This document shows, one piece after another, positions 59,995 to 64,000 of a stretch of DNA of 64,000 nucleotides. Origin of the DNA: Rhodosorus marinus CCMP1338. Its lineage: Eukaryota > Plantae > Rhodophyta. The notes under the pieces were generated by a model. The model was given only the letters and a program-made list of their open reading frames with translations, had not been told where the DNA came from and did no database searches. The first letter of the stretch is position 1; each line of letters begins with the position of its first letter. The stretch lies in the NCBI GenBank assembly GCA_029953675.1, contig JAMWBK010000008.1:1116001-1180000 (forward strand), written 5' to 3'. The position numbers were made by a program, and so were the translations under genes.

Positions 59995-61512
59995 TGTCCA
60001 CTAAGCCAATTGTTGTCACAGGTTCCTGTGCTCGCCTCAAACCAAGGAAATACGCAATTTTATTACTTTTCGCATCCTTTTCATGTTACCCATTAGTTCG
60101 TCGATGTCTGGTTGTGAAGCACTCCGAGTGACAGAGAAAGCAAGAATAATCTTTACCAAGAAATCCTGGTATCTTTTACCCCTGGGAATTTTGTTTTGCG
60201 AGCACCCGTTGCGCAGTTCGTCGAGGATATTTCATAAATCAAGGCTATCAGGTCAACGATCATTTCGATTGTGAGCTAAAACTTTTTAGAAATGTTGAAC
60301 TCTAAACAAACCCAATTGTAGAACCGTATCTGTTGTTTGTCTTTTGTTTATGTCGGAAAGATGAATGAATGTATGAATGTGTTTATAAGGATTACCGTCG
60401 GTTGCTACCCCATGTCCGATGTTTTTCATTTTTGTCTTCCTAGGCTAAGCAAAGAAGCTGAGTGGACAGTTCGTAGACAGCTTAAAAAATAAGCAAGAGG
60501 ACACCATTATCTATAGTTCGTGCGTGATTCAGAATCGTGGCCATGAACCGTTCTCACACCAGCCAGCTGAGCAAAAGGGGCGATTTTGGGGCGTATTAGA
60601 ACATTCTCGGAGAAAATGTGCCAATCTGGAACCCCCACTCAAGAGTATCCAGGTACCGAGAACTAGTTGTTCTGTAATTTTATTGCCTCTTTTTCAGTAG
60701 ACGGGGAAACCTATCAGGCGGATTTGTCCAGTTTCACCAATTCAGAAAAAAACAACGTAATGGTCGAAAACAGGCCGATATTTGATATGGCTGTTTCATT
60801 GGTTGGCTAAATCATCTGTGGAACTGGATTCCTCGTCGAAGTAACAAACAAACGAATTCACACTTTGCTAAGAAGAGGGCGCAGAAGGGGTGGTGGGCTT
60901 TCCACATAAAATTTGGGCATATGATTGTTCAAGAAAATTTATGAATTCGAGAAGAACCGTGTGTAAGTAGTTTCGGTTGGCTGCAAAACAGAGGAATTGT
61001 GCAGTGACATGAGCTGTCTGGAGCATACTTCTGTTGATTGGTCATCTGAGTGTATCATGGCCATTCATTGGTAGATACTATTTTGTCAGCCATTCTCACG
61101 AACAATGTTCACTATCAATTACTGATGGGGGGGGATGGTTATGAATTTTCATACGGTGATTCCAATACCGTGGGTGGGTTAACCGTGACAAGATGAATTT
61201 GAGAATATCCTTAATAAATTATATACGTTTGGTATTGGGAAATTGCCTTCCACCCCTAACCAGAGAGAACGGCCACCTCAAGCAAACAGCTTTCGATTGC
61301 TGCAAAATACGGAAATCCTTGAAAATTTTGATCGTAGCACTGAGGACTGGCAACAGGCGGTTTCGACCGTTTTCTTTTGGTCTGTGCTCACACTATCGAA
61401 CGTTGTTAGGAACCATATAAGCTACTCATGCCATGCAGCTGGCTCTCGAGTGGAGTGCGAAGGGGAGGGTGATGGCGGGGTGGAGGATCTGTCCTCAGCG
61501 AATAGAACCACA

Positions 61513-62205
61513 ATGAGCGAGGGGGGAATGCTGTTGTTGAATAGTCAAGTGCTTCGGGAGCAACTGCCGAAAAGCGTGCTATTCGGTCAGCGCTCAACGA
61601 AAGGAAGACATCGGAATAGAACGGTAACAATTATTGATTGGGATGACACAATTCTGCCTAGCCATGAAATCTTTGCGAATGGTTTAGAGAACGCGATGCA
61701 TCGCAACGGTACGGTAATCGCGGAGTTTGAAGCGGTGTTGAGAGAAATTGAGGAGTCCGCGTTGAGGTTATTACAGAGGGCGCTAAGTCAAGGTCTGGTC
61801 GTGGTGGTAACCGCGTCGGAGTCAGGTTGGGTAGAGAAGTCCGGGGCAGTCTTCCTCCCCCGTGTCTTAGCATTTTTCCGGAAGCATTCGATACGAGTGG
61901 TTAGCGCGAGAAGCAGATATGAGCGCGTTTGCGGTCCTAATGAATGGAAGGTTAGAACGTTCCATGATGAAATACGGCAATTGTTTTGCGAGAAGAAGGG
62001 TGTGCACGTCGTAGTAATCGGTGACGGACCATTCGAGTATCTTGCAGCAAGGAGTCTAAAGGACACCTACTCCGAGATGATAGTGAAGATGGTGAAGTTC
62101 ATGGAGGGCCCCACGCCAAAGCATTTGCACAATGAATTGAGTGTTTTGGGATCAGAGATACACGCCATTTTCGAGCATTACGAATCTCTGGAAATCTTTT
62201 TGTGA
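61513..62205 (+). CDS. Uncharacterised HAD-superfamily protein (DWDDT type)
   Basis: Motif I IIDWDDTILPS, motif II VVVVTASESGWV, SAR..Y...WK..TF, motif IV VIGDGPFEY and VKF...P. First ATG at 61513 within ORF 61243-62205. Confidence 0.85.
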   Translation: MSEGGMLLLNSQVLREQLPKSVLFGQRSTKGRHRNRTVTIIDWDDTILPSHEIFANGLENAMHRNGTVIAEFEAVLREIEESALRLLQRALSQGLVVVVTASESGWVEKSGAVFLPRVLAFFRKHSIRVVSARSRYERVCGPNEWKVRTFHDEIRQLFCEKKGVHVVVIGDGPFEYLAARSLKDTYSEMIVKMVKFMEGPTPKHLHNELSVLGSEIHAIFEHYESLEIFL

Positions 62206-62794
62206 TTTAATTTAGGATTTGATCGCTAACAACTTACATTCACATATCTATAATCGTTAATAAAATTGCATATTGCTCACATAACGCCGGAGACTGACGA
62301 CGCCTTGCAATCCGAACCTTCGTGAAGCCGGTGATGTCGACAAAGCTTTGTGGAGGCTTGTGTTTCACGTTTTCCTACATCGCATACCTCAAGGTTGGAT
62401 GGTCCGCGGTACATGAAACTACGAGCTTGAGAAAAACTTAGAAAGGCATGGGTGATCTCACCACAGGTAATGATGACAACTATACTTTTGTTTCTTTGCT
62501 TGGAGCGCGGAAAGTGGTAGTGGAAAGTAGACATAGTTGTTGCAAGACCGAGATCCCGTTGCGAGGGGAACCGGGACTGGTGTCAAGGTCCTACCTCTAC
62601 AGGAAAAAATCAGTGTGATTCAACACCCATCAGTCTCTTGTGTAAAGAAAGCTTCCGAGGATGAGATTGTACGCTTCAAGCTCCAAATATGTTTGGACTC
62701 ATCTTCCAGGAAAACAGCTACAGTATTGGAGGCTGTTGAACAGACAGCGATCGCGGTTCGGGATGGCTTGGCACGTCCTTTCTTCAACGGCCTC

Positions 62795-62848
62795 CAAAAT
62801 TCATATTCCAGGAAACGTCTAAAGCCGTTTCCTGGAATATGAATTTTG
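62795..62848. repeat. Perfect 23-bp inverted repeat with an 8-nt loop
   Basis: CAAAATTCATATTCCAGGAAACG-TCTAAAGC-CGTTTCCTGGAATATGAATTTTG. Confidence 0.95.
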
Positions 62849-63236
62849 AGTTGCCGCAAACAACGATTGTATCATCATCATATGTCGACAGGGGACTTTT
62901 TTACGTTTGTTCAGGAATTATGAAACGCGAATAAATGCTAAGAAAACGAATACTTAAAGCTTGCGGTTTCAAAAGCAATAATCCAATGGGCTCATGGGCT
63001 CTGGGGGATTGTTTTGCGGAGAGCGCGCACCGCTCTCAATTCATAAGCAAATGTAAAGATTTCGAAGCCCCGGACCGACGGGAAAACCGTTATTCGTAGG
63101 GCTGCCACCCGACTCGCTAGATTTTTGGATGCATACAGAAGAAATTGATCATTTATTAAGTGCTTTTCAAAAATATATCTATTATAATTGAATGAAGTAC
63201 TGGTGGGACGCGATTGACTCGATTTGTGGATTGTTG

Positions 63237-63345
63237 CTTATAGCCGGGTTGATATGAAACGCCGATATGGGCTATCGTAAGTTTCCGAGAAAAAAAAGTT
63301 AGTACACTTATAGCCGGGTTGACATGAAACGGCGAAAGCAGCTAT
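63237..63345. repeat. Direct repeat, about 29 bp, 70-bp period
   Basis: CTTATAGCCGGGTTGATATGAAACGCCGA (63237) versus CTTATAGCCGGGTTGACATGAAACGGCGA (63307), 2 mismatches. Confidence 0.85.
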
Positions 63346-64000
63346 TGAGAGCGTCCAATAAATATTTAGTATACTTGAAATCCATAAGCTCCTCGCATTC
63401 CCGAAAACCACCCCTCTAAACGACTCTCACTCAATCAAATTTTTTATCGCAATTCTCTCCTGAACCTCCTCGTTGCTAACCGATTCTACATGGAAGATCT
63501 TCTACCTGAGAAGACTGTTTGAGCCCCAACACCAGGTCAGATCTATACAGATAAGCCAAATTGAACCATACGTGCCAAGGGCGAGAACTGTTTGCCCTAA
63601 AATAGACCTTCCCCGAGTCGTCATTACTTTTCGGTACTTCTTTTTCTTCTCGGACAAGACCGCTAACGGCTCTCCTGGCGGGCACACTTAGGGCGCACTC
63701 TAGATAATAGCGTTGTCATAAAACGTCCAATAAAATAGTAAGTAAATACGATATGGAATAGACGAAGAGACGTCTTCGGATAGAAAAACTCAAGTTTTAT
63801 TCTACAATGTGTGTACCATACACACCACGATAGGCTGGTCGATAAAACGTCCCGTGGTCAATCAGCTTTGTCCAATATTCAGCCCCCATGGTATCGAATT
63901 ATGATTACTTCTGTTATTGACAGGCTGTCATTCATCATCCAATGGTTGTCGGAAGTCGCCCGGATGAAAGATTCTAAGTACGGACGAAGTGGGAGCATGC

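Noticed and set aside
60470-60665. GHEPFSH peptide resembling the SAMHD1 HD motif (HDLGHGPFSH)
   Set aside because: The catalytic HD residues are missing, the frame is short, and there is no supporting context.

Overview
Gene-dense eukaryotic nuclear DNA with short (about 60-150 nt) GT-AG spliceosomal introns, so many genes are split across several ORF-track entries and most short ORFs are antisense shadows. The N-terminal (M)AF(V/G) Ser/Arg-rich plastid transit peptides without signal peptides, the compact introns and the gene content point to a unicellular red alga. This is an inference; no taxon is proven. Well-supported genes: RGP1, a multidomain acetyl-CoA carboxylase (6 exons, about 2085 aa), NUS1, a PHD-finger protein, type II dihydroorotase, a DUF547 protein, a SHAQKYF MYB, TAF2, a LOG2/MGRN1-type RING E3, HSF, XPB, PurH, AK6 and a HAD-like protein. 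The left end carries a decayed Ty1/copia element with a 9-bp minisatellite. The most interesting items are: (1) a homomeric ACCase that appears plastid-targeted in what looks like a primary red-plastid lineage; (2) a SAM-DUF202 (VTC1/YidH-like) fusion; (3) a plastid-targeted PurH that looks alphaproteobacterial; (4) a MYB with an extra C-x9-C-x5-C-x2-H motif; (5) several unexplained hairpins and repeats. Exon boundaries were derived by hand; no database searches were run. No CRISPR, rRNA or convincing tRNA was seen.
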